Assembly (NCBI GenBank): GCA_965240325.2
Contig: OZ251228.1
Span: forward strand, 1,302,001-1,366,000
Direction: 5' to 3'
From: Rebecca billardiae RCC1528
Taxonomy: Eukaryota; Protista; Haptophyta
Length of the DNA stretch: 64,000 nucleotides
This document shows, in pieces, positions 43,614 through 55,465 of the stretch. Each line of letters opens with the position of its first letter. Position 1 is the stretch's first letter. The position numbers and the translations under genes are program-made. Below the pieces are notes generated by a model. That model did not search any database and had not been told where the DNA came from. It saw only the letters and a program-made list of their open reading frames with translations.

Positions 43614-44813
43614 TCAGCGCACGCCATTCTTGCTGAAGAAGCGGTAGATGGCATGCATATCCGCCCGACCCTCCGACGTGAGCCATGGCATGCGCCGCAG
43701 CCAGCCGTGGCCGACGCGCGCGCGCACGAGGCGCAGCACGCTCACGCCCGCGCCCTCCATGCGCTCCGCCAGCGCGGCCGCCTGGTCGGCGAGCAGCTCG
43801 GCCTCGTCCCAAGCGAGCAGCGTCGGCGGCATCGTGCCCAGCTCCTGCCCGGCCGGCGAGAGTCGGCGGAGCGTCGCCGCGGTCGGCGCGGGCGCGGTCG
43901 AGCCGGGCGCGCGCCCGAGGATGCGCTGCACGAGCAGCTTGAGCACGTCCGCGCTCATCGGATCGGCCGGGGTGCGCTCCCGCCGGAAGCTCTCGAACGA
44001 CTCGACGTCGAGGTCCGAGAGGGGCGAAGCGAGCGCGAGCGCGGCCGGCAGCTCGGCGCTCGACTTGCCGAGCCGCAGCGCGCTCATCAGTGAGATGTAC
44101 GCAGCATCGGCGGAGGTGGCGAGGAGCGCCGTGCGCCCGACGCCGATCTCGGCGCCGATGCGTCGGTGCGCGCGGTGCAGCTGCATCACCACCTGGCTCG
44201 TCGAGAGCTCGTCCGTCGGCACATCCGGCGCGACGATGCGCATGCCGAGCGCGGCCGACCAGTGGCAGGCGAGCCGTGCGGGCGGGCGGCGCGTGTACAG
44301 GCCGTCGAGCCAGACGACGGCCGGCGCGGCCGGCGCGGAGTGTGCGCGCACGTCCCACCACGCCACGCCCGAGCGCGTCGAGCGCTCCACCGCGCACCAG
44401 CCCGGAGTGCCCACCCACCACCACGAGCTGTTCTCGAATCGGTCCAGTGAAATCAGGTTGCCAGTGTCCGTGGCGTCGGGCGAGACCTCAGGCGTGCCGA
44501 GCAGCCGCGAGACGGCCGCGAGCGACGCGCTCGCGCCTTGAGGCGCCACGCCGCTTCGCAGCCCCAGCGAGGCGGCCGCGCGCTCTGCAGCGAGCGCGAA
44601 GGTGAGCAGCGCGTGGCCGCCCACGAAAGCGCGCCGGAGCCAGAGGCACAGCGCGAGCACGACGAACACGAGCGCGAGAGCCCAGGCGCGCCGCCGGCGG
44701 CGCTGCGCGCGCGCCAGTCGCTCATACTCGTGGTAGTCGCGCGCGTTCGGCGGTGGTCGGTACCATGGGTCGTCCTCGCCGCCGAACGACAGGGGCTGGT
44801 TGCGCTGCCGCAT
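43614..44813 (-). CDS. Membrane-anchored alpha/beta hydrolase, HSL (Abhydrolase_3)-like, with degenerate motifs
   Basis: LALASPLSD and PPTLL..DEAELLADQAAALAERMEGAGVSV..VGHGW. The nucleophile elbow reads ATSAD. N-terminal TM helix. Confidence 0.72.
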   Translation of the reverse strand: MRQRNQPLSFGGEDDPWYRPPPNARDYHEYERLARAQRRRRRAWALALVFVVLALCLWLRRAFVGGHALLTFALAAERAAASLGLRSGVAPQGASASLAAVSRLLGTPEVSPDATDTGNLISLDRFENSSWWWVGTPGWCAVERSTRSGVAWWDVRAHSAPAAPAVVWLDGLYTRRPPARLACHWSAALGMRIVAPDVPTDELSTSQVVMQLHRAHRRIGAEIGVGRTALLATSADAAYISLMSALRLGKSSAELPAALALASPLSDLDVESFESFRRERTPADPMSADVLKLLVQRILGRAPGSTAPAPTAATLRRLSPAGQELGTMPPTLLAWDEAELLADQAAALAERMEGAGVSVLRLVRARVGHGWLRRMPWLTSEGRADMHAIYRFFSKNGVR

Positions 44814-45520
44814 CCGCGCCTGGCGGTCCCGGTGCGTGCGGGACTGCGGGTGCGCCCGCACGGGCAAGACCAAGGTGCAGTCCGGATTTCGTCGTCGACA
44901 TTATTTTCGTGCGCATCCTTGAAGTCCGGAGTTCGGAGTGGCCCCTCAGGCCTTAGCACTCAGGCTCAGTCTCAGACTGTCCCTGATGGCTGATCCGCGT
45001 GCGGGTGGACTTCTTGACCCGGCGGTCGACTGCCAGCCGCTTAGGAGTTACCAGACTTATGTCTAGTGAGAGTCGAGTTGAGAATCGTAGTCTGTAGAGC
45101 TAGTCATGACTGATCAACTACGGTACCAGTCCGCAGTAACTCTCACTCTCACTGCCAGTTCCGGCTGACGAGTGACGGATGCTCATGCTGGGCCGAGCTC
45201 GGGCAGCAATGCCAGCATCACTCACTCATGCATGCTGCAATGATGAAGTAAGTTAGTCCATGAGTACTCCATGACGACCATGACCATATGCGCGGCGGAA
45301 TTCAGCGCTTATTGAATTCCGCGGCCGAAGCTAGCTAGTCAAGTCCAATTTCAGCAACTATGAGTGTTCTAGTCCAAGATGAAGTTACGACACGCGTCAG
45401 TCGAGTCACGACGCACACCGCCGGCGTCATCATCACGGCCGGCGACCGGCGGCAGAATACGGCCGCGTGGCGGGAGCCGCGCCGCCAGGCGCCGCGCCGG
45501 GCGGCGCCGGCGACCGGCAG

Positions 45521-47083
45521 TCAGTCACTGCCCTTGGCGGCGTGCATGTAGGTTGACAAGGGCAGTGAACCAGCCGGCTCATCGACAGAATGTCTGCCCG
45601 GGCCGTGCACCGCAAGGAGAAGCAGTGCGCCCACCGTTGAGAGGCGTTGGCAGAAGAAGTAGCGCTCATGATCTGAGCACAGGGCGAGACAGGAGGGCAG
45701 GAGGGCGGGCGCAGGCAGCAGCCCACAGCGGGATGTCAGCGCGTGCGCATTTCCTGCGCTCCAGCGAGGGGCAGGGCGCGGGCAGCATACCAGATACGGA
45801 GATGAGCACGCGCGGCTTTTTCTTCGCGCTGCTCGCGCGCTGCAGCCCCTGCAGCGCAATGGGGAGCAGCTTTGATTGTGTGTCCAGCGTGGGCAGCTGC
45901 GCTTCGTTGGCGCTGTTCACGTCCACGTCGATGGAGAGATGACCGTGCTCGCGGCTGAGCTTCCCCATGCCGTAGCCCCAGTGCATCCAGAAGGGGTGCC
46001 AGTACAGATTGGTCCCGAACATGATGGCCGCAAGCACGATCGCGATTCGCCTGCGCCGTCCCACGCGCGGCGGGCGCACGTGGGCGCGAGCGGCATGAGC
46101 GCAGCGCGAAAGCAGGCGGCTGCACCGTGATGCGAACGCAGCACGGCACGCGCGGCGATCGGTACCGTGATTTGGCGCCGATGATGACGAGCACGGACAC
46201 GTAGAAGAGGACGACCATCATGGCCCCTTGCAACAGGCCTGCGTGCATGTCGATGATGGTGAGCGATGGCGACGCGAACGCCGCCTGGAGCTTGTGAAAT
46301 GCCTACGGTAGACGCGAGCGCGGCGGCGCGGCGCACACGCGGCGATCAGAGTGAGCCCACCCATGTCCGTGAGCCCTGGCTGCACAGCAGCCACGACGGG
46401 TGGGTGGTCGCAGGCGGAGCGATGGGCGCGTGAGCACTCACGTAGTACACAAAATAGCACGTGACGCACGTACGCCCAGCCAGCTCGAGATAGCTCGTGA
46501 TCAGATCGTCCCCGTGTCGACTGAGAGCAGCTCGCCGCGCGGGGTGGGAGGAGAGGTGACCTCCGGCTCCGCTGCTCTGCCGGAAGTCCGCCATGAGGAT
46601 GAGCAGGCCGCCCATCACTGTGACGGTCTCGCTCATGAACATGTAGTTGCGCTGCTGCCCGTACACAAACGGGTGCAGCGCGCACCAGCACAAGAGAACG
46701 ATGCAGCCCGTGATCGGCCGGCGATTGCTGACGACCGCAACGACGCCGCCAAGTTGCAGGGCCGCGGACAAGGCTGGCATGAGCTGTGTGAGCGACGCGG
46801 GCACAAAGTTCGTGTTGTGCTCGACAAGCTCGTGCATGGTCCGCACCTGCACCGAGTAGTCAGTGAGCATGCGCAGCGCATCCTCAAAAAACGTGATCGT
46901 AACGAGGACACGCGCAAGCGTGACGAGTTTGCGGTGGACGAGCTTCACGTTCACGTGCTCAGCGATGCGTGAGAGAAGCGTCGACTGTGGACGAGCTGCC
47001 GCGAGGCTGAAAACCGCGTCGTCGTTCTGATATCGTGAGCGCGGTGCGGGTGGCTCGTCGTCGCCGGAGTCGGCGGCCGCCAT
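45521..47083 (-). CDS. SURF4: SURF4/Erv29 family ER cargo receptor; introns 46303-46441, 46051-46165, 45673-45790
   Basis: LARVLVTITFFEDALRM, ETVTVMGGLLILMAD, YLELAGR and final exon ERYFFCQRLSTVGALLLLAVHGPGRHSVDE. All three splices keep the frame. Confidence 0.85.
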
Positions 47084-47541
47084 CGCTGGCGGCGGGCCGG
47101 CCGCCGGACGGAATTACACTCAATTACTGAGCCTCGCGTATTTTGAATTTGGATCCAGATGCCCAGTCCTGCTCTGCTCCGTGCTCCCGTGATCAACACT
47201 GAAGAATGTCATCATGCAGCTGCCAGCTGTGACACTGCGCGGCGTGGTCGTGACATTGTCACGGTGGTCGTGACATTGTCACGTTGACAACATGAAATGC
47301 ACACCCTCGGAAGTACTGCCCAGTGCTGCCGCAGGACGCTAGCTAGTAGGCACCGTTATTGGCTCTGGCACTGTGCCATCACTAGGTCTGCAGGTCGCGG
47401 TGGGGCCACGCAGATCTATGGCGGTGCCTCGCGGCTGGCGCCGGAGTCAAAACATCAAACAAGACGGTGTGGCCGCCGTGACAGTGCACTTGAGAGCGAG
47501 GTCTCGACCTCTTCGGTAGTAAGCTCCGTCCGGCGTTTCCA

Positions 47542-48174
47542 TCAGCCCTCCTGCTGACCGCCTCCCTCCCGGCGCTTGCGGAAGAAGGAGAGCAGCAGTG
47601 CGGCACACTCGTCTGCAAGCACGCCGCCTCGGGCCTCGAGTGCCTCATGGAACGGATGTGCATGCTGCGAGCGCATGGAGCCGTCGATGGCGCCCAGGCG
47701 CTCGCTCGACGCGCCGTAGACGATGCGGTCGACGCGAAACGCGCGTATCGCCGCGGCGCACATCGGACACGGTTCGAGAGTGGTGTACAGGGAGAGGCCA
47801 CTGAGGCGCCAATTGCCGCGCTCCTGCGCGCCGCGCCGCATGCACTGAATCTCGGCGTGCGCTGTCGCATCCTGTGAGGATTCGACGGCGTTGCGAGCGC
47901 TCGCAATCACCGTGCGCTGCGCCGTGTCGACCAGAACGGCGCCCACGGGAACCTCTCCGGCGCTAAACGCCTCGTGCGCCTCGTCCAGCGCCAAGCGCAT
48001 GAAGTCCTCGTCTGTGGCATCGCGACACGGCTGCAGCGTCGTGTGTGTCGCCGCACAGGGAGGCATGACCAGCCGGGGGGCTCGTCTGAGCGAGCGCCAC
48101 GCGCGCTGTCTCGCGGGGACGGCGAGCGATGGCGCCATGGAGACGACGAGCAGCCCCGCGAGGTGATAACTCAT
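47542..48174 (-). CDS. tadA: tRNA adenosine(34) deaminase, bacterial TadA type, probably plastid-targeted
   Basis: FMRLALDEA..GEVPVGAVLV, DATAHAEI, NWRL..LYTTLEPCPMC. N-terminal signal plus Arg-rich transit-like leader. Confidence 0.92.
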   Translation of the reverse strand: MSYHLAGLLVVSMAPSLAVPARQRAWRSLRRAPRLVMPPCAATHTTLQPCRDATDEDFMRLALDEAHEAFSAGEVPVGAVLVDTAQRTVIASARNAVESSQDATAHAEIQCMRRGAQERGNWRLSGLSLYTTLEPCPMCAAAIRAFRVDRIVYGASSERLGAIDGSMRSQHAHPFHEALEARGGVLADECAALLLSFFRKRREGGGQQEG

Positions 48175-48272
48175 GCCGCCGTCGCGTCGGCGAGGCGGCG
48201 ACGATGGCCGATGCGCGCGACGTTGCGGACCGGAAGCTTTCACTTTTCAGCAGACAGTTCAGTTATTTACAG

Positions 48273-48510
48273 TTTACTAATTATAAGAGACGCACACAGC
48301 TCAGGCAGGCGAGATACAGTACTAAGAATAAGAGACGCACACAGCTCAGGCAGGCGAGATTGACGCCCGCCAAGGCGCCAACTGTTGATCACCGCCCAAA
48401 TGAAGCCGTCGCCGGCCGCGTACACAACAATACATACGTACTACACAATTACTGCTCGATCTCGCCTGCCTGAGGCTGGGTGCGTCTCTTTATTCTTAAA
48501 TCTTAGTAAA
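48273..48510. mobile_element. Small MITE with ~40-bp TIRs and a tandemly duplicated left arm
   Basis: AAGAGACGCACACAGCTCAGGCAGGCGAGAT occurs twice (ending 48315 and 48360). Its inverse is at 48459-48490, and the ends are TTTACTAA / TTAGTAAA. Confidence 0.8.
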
Positions 48511-49149
48511 CCGTAGGGCCGGATTGTAATAAGACCATGATACTGCATGTACATAACTGCGTCGAGCTTCCGCTCGGCGATGGAGTGATGGGCGGCTACG
48601 ACTTACGAGGGGGGCGGGGGGGACGACGGCGTGAAGCGCTGATCCTGCTGGTGTTTGTCTCTGCTGCTCGATCTGCTGCTACAGCTTGCTGACTCGGCTA
48701 CGCTGCCAGTGCCAACGCCTGCCGACACAGTTCGGCATATCGGTACCACTACGTCGTTAACATAACTGCCACTGGTCCGGGCTGGCCGCAGGGTAGGGCT
48801 GGAGGCTTCGGCCGCCAGTATCAGTATGGATACACTCACGACTGCTATATTACACTGTAAATCATGCATTGAATAACGGTGATGGCTCACAGCCCACTCA
48901 GATCGACAGCAGAGGCAGCAGTGATCGCGGAGACTCACAGACACTGACAAGTGACAGGCCAGTCAGTCGGGCCTACTCAGTAAATAACCGCCGGCGTGTC
49001 ACCGCAGTCGGGTCTAGTACGACGACGTCCGCGATGCTGCCGACAGCGCCGTCCGGCGGCCGCTGGCCATGCGTGTGATCGGCCCATGCAGCTTATCGGA
49101 TGGCGGCGCGCCAGAGACTTTAATCGGGTGGAAGGAGTACAGTTTAGTA

Positions 49150-50266
49150 CTAAGCTCTGATGCCGCCTGGCGTCCCGGAGGTCCCGCGCACGGCTGGTTG
49201 GCGCGGCGGCCATCGTCCGTCCTCCACGACGGGATCGTCCTCCACCGCCTCTCGCGCCGCGCGCAACACCTGCGCGCCACACGCACGTGCGTCGCACGCG
49301 CAATCCGCTCGCGACGGTTAGCCTGGACGTTGCGTGCGTGCGCTCGCTCGCGCAGCGTGCCATGTCGGCGCGGTGGTGGGCGCTTCGACGTGCGCAACGC
49401 ACCGTGCTAGGTGGAGGCGAGTCCTCCTCCACCACGGAGAAGGTGACCACGTCGTCGTCTGCCGCATCCCCGCCCTCCTCGTCAGCGGGCGTGCGTGACA
49501 TGTGCCGAGCGCTCGCGTCGAGCGGCGAGCGCTCGCGGAACTCACGGATGGTATTCTCCACCCACGAGACGCCCTTGCGCTGGTTGTTCGGCCGACGCTT
49601 CGCGTGCTTGGGTGCGCCGAGTAGCCTCTGCGGCTTCGACCCGTCCACCATCGCCGTCGGTGAGGCGTCGGCGGGGTCGGCCATGCGCGGCGCGCCCAGC
49701 GGCGGGTTGCCACTCAGCGGCTGAAGTGGGGCGCGTGCCTTTGGGGCCTGCGCGCGCGCGTGTGCCGCAGGCAAAGGCGGGCGTGAGCCCCGAGGCGCGC
49801 ATGCATCGGGCCAGGCATGTGCACGCGCGCGCGCGCGTACCTTCAGCGGCGGCAGCGCCGTTGGCGCGGCGGGCGGCGGGGCCGCGTGCGAGTCGGCCAT
49901 GCCGGCGCCGACCTTGGTACGGAAGGAGGCGTCTGGCAGCAGCGCGCGGGTCTCGCGTCTCCCATCGTCGCTGGTGAGCAGGGTGGGCGGCAGCGGCGCG
50001 AGCACTTCGCGTGGTGCCAGGGCGTCCGCGCTCTCCTCCTGCGCGGGGGCAGTCGGTGTGCCGGGTCCACACTCGCCGGGCGAAGGCACCTCCACGCGGT
50101 CCACCTCGCCCATCACTTCCTTCGGCGGCGCGGCGGAGACGGTGTCGAGCTCCTTCGAGGGCGACTCCGAGTTGATTTGGGGTGGCCTCGTCTTAGAGGC
50201 GCTCGTGGGCGTGGGGGCCTTTGGCTCGCTCACATCCGCAGTCCGGCACAGGGCGAAGAGCTTCAT
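49150..50266 (-). CDS. Hypothetical low-complexity protein; introns 49748-49840 and 49270-49402
   Basis: Pro/Ser/Glu-rich ORF with two well-formed GT-AG introns and a KGVSW (RVxF-like) motif. The start is uncertain. Confidence 0.55.
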
Positions 50267-50538
50267 CGCGCCCGGGGACGACGACAGCAACGGCCGTGCT
50301 CACTTACGTCCGCGCTATCCCGCGGACGTACCGGTCTTGTCGATGAAACGCCCCTGTTACTGGCCGGACAGACCCTGCCGGTACGCTTGCTCACGACCGA
50401 TCTCAGATCGTTCTGACAGGGCACTCAGCAGGCTGGCTCCCTTCACAGTCCGGAAGCAAAGGGACTGCTTCAACGGGGAGTCGGGGACACGGGCACCACG
50501 GGCGGACGGACGTGAGGCAAGGCGGGCGGGCGCTCGTG

Positions 50539-52032
50539 ATGGCATCGACGGTGTCGGATACCGAGCGGCTGGACTACCTGCCGCCCGAGCTCATAGAGCG
50601 CATACTCGGCTTCGTCACGTGTGCGCGTGACCTGGCTGCTGCCAGCGCCGCCGCTCGCCTCTTTCGCGGAGCCCCTCTCGAGAACGTGCTGCGCGAGCGC
50701 GCGCGGGCACGTGGGCACGAGTGCGCGGGGGCGGCAGCCCTGCCCGTGGGCGTCCGCACGTCCGCGGAGGAACTCTTGGTGCGCGAGCGCATATACCAGC
50801 TGGCTCGTGCGCACGCTCAAGCCCTGGCCGCTGGGGGCGACCCCTTTCATCGAATATTCAGCGCATTGATTGACTCAGACGGCGGCGTGCACACATGTGG
50901 CCATCATCTCGTCCACCGCCACCAGAGATGGCGCGACCGGTGCCCGGCGGCGCTCGGTCACCCCGATCAGATCGAGCCCTCTATCTCCGTCCCAACACGT
51001 GTCCGCTCGCTCTCGGCCGTGCGCGTGTGCGCGCTGGCCGCCGGCGAGGCCCACCTGCTCGCGCTGAGCGAGGCGGGCGCCGTATACGCGTGCGGTGGCA
51101 ACGAGCACGGCCAGCTGGGCGTGGGTGACCACGACGAGCGACGGGCCTTCGCGCTCGTTCCGGCGCTGGGCGCTGAGCTCGTCGTCGGCATCGCTGTCGG
51201 CAGCGACCACAGCCTCGCGCTCAGTGCCGCAGGGAGCGCGTTCAGCTGGGGCTGGAACTTCTCGGGCCAGCTCGGCCTCGGCTCCACCGAGGACCAGCCG
51301 GAGCCGCGGCGCATCGAGGCGCTGCGCGACGTGCGCGTGGGCGGCGCGGCCGCGGGCTACTTCCACACGCTGCTGCTCTCGGCGTGTGGCGACGTGTACT
51401 CGTGCGGCGACGGCGACGAGGGCCGTCTCGGGCACGGCGACGAGAGGCAGCAGCACACGCCGATGCGCATCGCAGCACTCGCAGGCGTGCGTGCCGTGCA
51501 TGTGAGCGCGGGCAGCATGCACAGCCTGGTGGTCGACACTGGGGGCGGCGTGTACTCCTTTGGCTGTGATACTCGGAGCGGCGGCGCTCTTGGCCACGGC
51601 GATCAGATAAGCAGGCATCTTCCCGCGCGCGTCGAAGCGTTGGCTGGCGTGCACGCTCTGCGCGCCCGCGCGGGCAAGTCGAACAGCGCGGTTGTGTGCG
51701 CAGGCGGCAGTGTGCACACGTTCGGGACTAATCTCGATGGCCAGCTGGGCCTTGGGCACGTCAAGAGCTGCGCGCTACCCGAGCGCGTGAGCGCCCTCGC
51801 GCATACGCGCGTGCTCGACTGCGCGCTTTCCCACCGCCACGCACTCTTTGCGACGGAGGACGGGGCGGTGCACTCGTGCGGCATGCGCTGCGCTGCGCTC
51901 GGCCTCGGCATCGCGCCTGATGATGATCGCACCCGTCGCCAGATTTGGTCACCGCAGCGTTTCATGTGCAAGGAGCACCGGGTCCCGCTGCAAAGGCCCA
52001 TCGTCGAGCCCGTCATCAGACAAGACTACTGA
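50539..52032 (+). CDS. F-box-like plus RCC1/BLIP-II repeat protein
   Basis: LDYLPPELIERILGFV N-terminus and repeated AG..H.L.L...G.VY..G.N..GQLG units. Confidence 0.9.
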   Translation: MASTVSDTERLDYLPPELIERILGFVTCARDLAAASAAARLFRGAPLENVLRERARARGHECAGAAALPVGVRTSAEELLVRERIYQLARAHAQALAAGGDPFHRIFSALIDSDGGVHTCGHHLVHRHQRWRDRCPAALGHPDQIEPSISVPTRVRSLSAVRVCALAAGEAHLLALSEAGAVYACGGNEHGQLGVGDHDERRAFALVPALGAELVVGIAVGSDHSLALSAAGSAFSWGWNFSGQLGLGSTEDQPEPRRIEALRDVRVGGAAAGYFHTLLLSACGDVYSCGDGDEGRLGHGDERQQHTPMRIAALAGVRAVHVSAGSMHSLVVDTGGGVYSFGCDTRSGGALGHGDQISRHLPARVEALAGVHALRARAGKSNSAVVCAGGSVHTFGTNLDGQLGLGHVKSCALPERVSALAHTRVLDCALSHRHALFATEDGAVHSCGMRCAALGLGIAPDDDRTRRQIWSPQRFMCKEHRVPLQRPIVEPVIRQDY

Positions 52033-52560
52033 TGACTCTTAGATGAGTCACACTGATTCTGATGACGCCGATTCAGATGATTATTGGCATCATCATCTTG
52101 ATCTGTCAGATCAGAATCGTATATTTAATATATAATATATGCGCGCATATCATCATCATCGAATCGTCGGAGTCATCGAGTAAGTCAGTTATACAGCGCA
52201 GTACGTAAGACGAGTAACTAGTGCTGTCATATATCTCACTTAGTCACTTAGACTTAGTCATAGTGACTTAGTAGTCTGTCAGGTCCTAACTAATTGAATA
52301 ACTCGCGGACAGTGTCAGTGACTCTAAGTCTAACTCTAACTAGTGTCTAGTCCGTGGCTACTGTGTAGTCCGATTCGATTGCTACTGTTGTCCGTTGGTT
52401 GCTCGGATGGTTTTCCGCGGAAAGGTCGCCGACGTCTCGGCGTTTGGCGGCAACAGACTGCAGTCGCATTGATGTCAAATAGCATCGCCGCTGACACTGT
52501 TGCCAATGTCATCAGAATGATGACGAGGAGCGAGTACAGCGAGTATCCGCGGATCACGTC

Positions 52561-54419
52561 TTATTCACGATCGATGCGAGGCGGTTGATGCAGACGATGA
52601 GGCTGCTCAGTATGACTGGGCGAGGATGGGGTGGCCGAAGTCTCAGCCATCATGCTCGAGACCGCAGTATTGAAGGCGGCGACCCCGCCGGGGTAGGCCT
52701 CGATCACGGTGAGGAGCAGCTGCCGGTCCTCGCTGTACATGCAATCCGCTTGGCGCGCGTCAAAGCTCCGAAAGATGAGGGCGGACGAGGTGGTCGACAT
52801 GCTCGCGAGCCGCAGCACGTCCGTCTTGCTCTTGCGCTCGGCCCCAATCGCGAGGTGGATGAAAAGCTCGACCACGCACCAGCTGCACGCCGTCGGCGGC
52901 GTGGCGAGAGGCGCGCAGGCAGCGGGGAGGGCGGCGGCCGCGGATGCGTGAGGAAGGCGCGAGCGCAAGCGGCGCGCGGGGAGGCGTGTGGGTGGTAGGC
53001 GGGATCGCGCTCGCGCAACGAGCGTGCGCACGCGCGCGCGCGCACAGGCGCTGATGGAGGCTGGCGCCGAGGAGGACGAGAACGCGGTCGCAGCCCGCCA
53101 GGAACACGGGCAGGTTCGCCAAGCCCGCCTCGGGCGTCGAATTCACGAGGCAGTACTGATCGATCCACAGCCGGGGCGCGCGCCCGTGCACGCGCGCAAA
53201 GTCGGCCGCCCACAGCCGCAGCTGCTCGGCCTTCTCCACGCCGCTGTCGTGGTGCGAGTGGCACACGAAGGCGTCCACGCTGCCGATCGTCGCGGGCTGC
53301 GACTTGGCGATGCACTCCTCGTCGGAGAGCATGCCCGACATCCCCGCGGCACATACCGCGTCCCCGTTCACCGATCGGAAGGCCGCCTGCCCCAGCTGCA
53401 GCGCGTCGTCGGGCGATCGGCCGTTGAGCAGCGCGCTGAGCAGCGTCGCCGAGCTGATGTTCTCGCCGTGCGAAGCAAGCCAGGTCTGCACGACCTCGCG
53501 CAGCCGACCGGAAGCCGCCGCAACGCCGGTCAGCAGGAACACCGACGCGTCGATGAACACCGGGCCTGACTTCGGTTGGATGCCCAGCACCGCTCGCAAG
53601 TCTGACGGGAGGATGGCCAGGCCCATCACAATCTGCGTGACCGCGTACACTCGCCATACCGAGTCGAGCTGCGCGCGGGCCGGCGTGTGCCCGGTGAGCA
53701 GCGCGACGAGGAGGACCACGAAGCCCACCACGTGCGCGATCATGATGGCGATCGCTCGCGCCAAGCGCAAGGCCTCAGCTGTGCACGCGACGGACGCCGA
53801 TGCGATGATGCACTCGCTGGTTCCGTCCGCGAGCGCGCGCGCGGACGGGAGGAATACCAAGACGAGGAATGCGCAGACGGTGTAGACGATGAAGAGCATG
53901 TACAGCACCAGACCGATCCGCACCACGCGAGGTTGAGTCGGCAAGAGCGCGAGGAGCAGGCTGAGCGCGCCAAGGCTGTAGGTGACGTTGATCGCCGCGG
54001 CGCGGACGTGCTGCAGCGCTCGAATCGGCACGAGGCCAAACACCAGGGCGAGCAGGAACAGGGTCAGCCCGAGCGCCACGGCGGGGATCTGGATGATTCT
54101 CTGGCGCCGGCGGCCCTGCGGTCGCGCGGGAGGGGTGGGACGCGATGAAGGGCTCAGTGCGCGTCGCGGGAGGACGCGTCCCCGGCCGCGGCTCCTGACC
54201 GGAGCCGCGCGGCGGCAGGCGGGCACGCACCGCGCTGCGAGAGCGCTCGAGCGCGTCGCGGATGGCGAGTGCAGCGGGTCGATAGCCCTCCGGGGGTGAC
54301 ACGCGCGACCCTGGCATGGTTCTCGAGGGTGCCGTCGACGTGGCGCTCCCCTGGGGAGGCGCCTCATCGTCTTGGACGTCGTCCTCTGCTACGATCGTGT
54401 GCGGCTCGACGGGCGCCAT
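52561..54419 (-). CDS. Multi-pass membrane protein with C-terminal TIR-like domain; introns 54116-54230 and 52883-53045
   Basis: About 6 TM helices, then DAFVCHS..D, LWIDQYCL, LPVFLAGCDRVLVL and the spliced RLWCVVELF motif. Confidence 0.75.
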
Positions 54420-55324
54420 AGAGTGCGGCGACTCAGGGTGCGTGCGAGAAGGGCGCATCACGCCGGCGAGTCACGAGAGCGCTCGGTCTCGGCGCCCGCC
54501 CGCCCTCGCCCGAGCGTGGGGGGGCTTGGGTAAGTCACGAGAAACACCTCCCAAGTTCTGGTTGCGGAGGTGTAGAGTGCTGATGCAGGGGAGATCGTAT
54601 CCAGATTTGTTTATTGTGGGTTCCACGGATCCCGTCCGGGCCGTTCGTCGTGAAGTACCCGGACGCGTAGCTAAACCCCCGAAGGTTCCGGGGTTATGAA
54701 CCAGGATTCCAGAGGCGGCGCCCACGTCGCGGCGGCGTCATCGCTGGATCGTCCGTCGGGGTGGATGGCGCGCAAGTAGACATCGATTGGAAGGGCATGC
54801 CGCATGCGATGCATTGCCATGCATTCATCCGTCGTCTCTGCCACCTTGTCCCCGACGCGCGATCTGCACGGCAGTGAAACGCGACGGCTTGCCCTTTGCG
54901 GCGCCCCGTTAAAATAGGCGTGAGTGCGGCCGCGCTGTCGGCCACCGGAGCCGGCAACATGCAGCGTGGTGACCCTGGTAGAGACGAGCCGAGCGGCTGA
55001 TGCGTCCTGTAGCTGCTCTCATTTCTGTTTTGAACCGTGCAAGTGAAGACAATCGGCATCCGATGGTACGATCAGCTGCGACGTCAGAAGTTGCTGTCGA
55101 CAGGGTCCGGCCTCACTCGGTGGCTCACTAGGGCCGCCAGGCTGACAGGCCGTCACGCGAGAGGCATGAGAGGGCTACTCGGCCACATGGTGGGTATATG
55201 GGGCGCCCCACGAGCGGCGCACAGGCCCGACAGCGGCGCGTGGCGTCGCGCACATTGCTATTCCAAGCGGCCGGCGGCCACGGTCGGCCGGCCGCTCGAG
55301 TCGACAGCCCTTTACAGTTCGAGT

Positions 55325-55465
55325 ACTATGTTGTTTGTAACGTGCACACTTTATGGTTAAGGCGTGATTGACGCCATCCAACACTGCACAAAGACACCGC
55401 CACAAAGCAGACCGGCGCAGGCAGGTGAGGGGCGTGTTGCCGCATCTCATCGAGGCGGCCATTGC
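55325..55465. repeat. Dispersed repeat family R1
   Basis: Matches 6620-6769 and 6363-6431. Confidence 0.85.

Noticed and set aside
50539-52032. UVR8 photoreceptor
   Set aside because: It lacks the repeated GWRHT motifs and has an F-box-like N-terminus, so it was called a generic RCC1-repeat protein.
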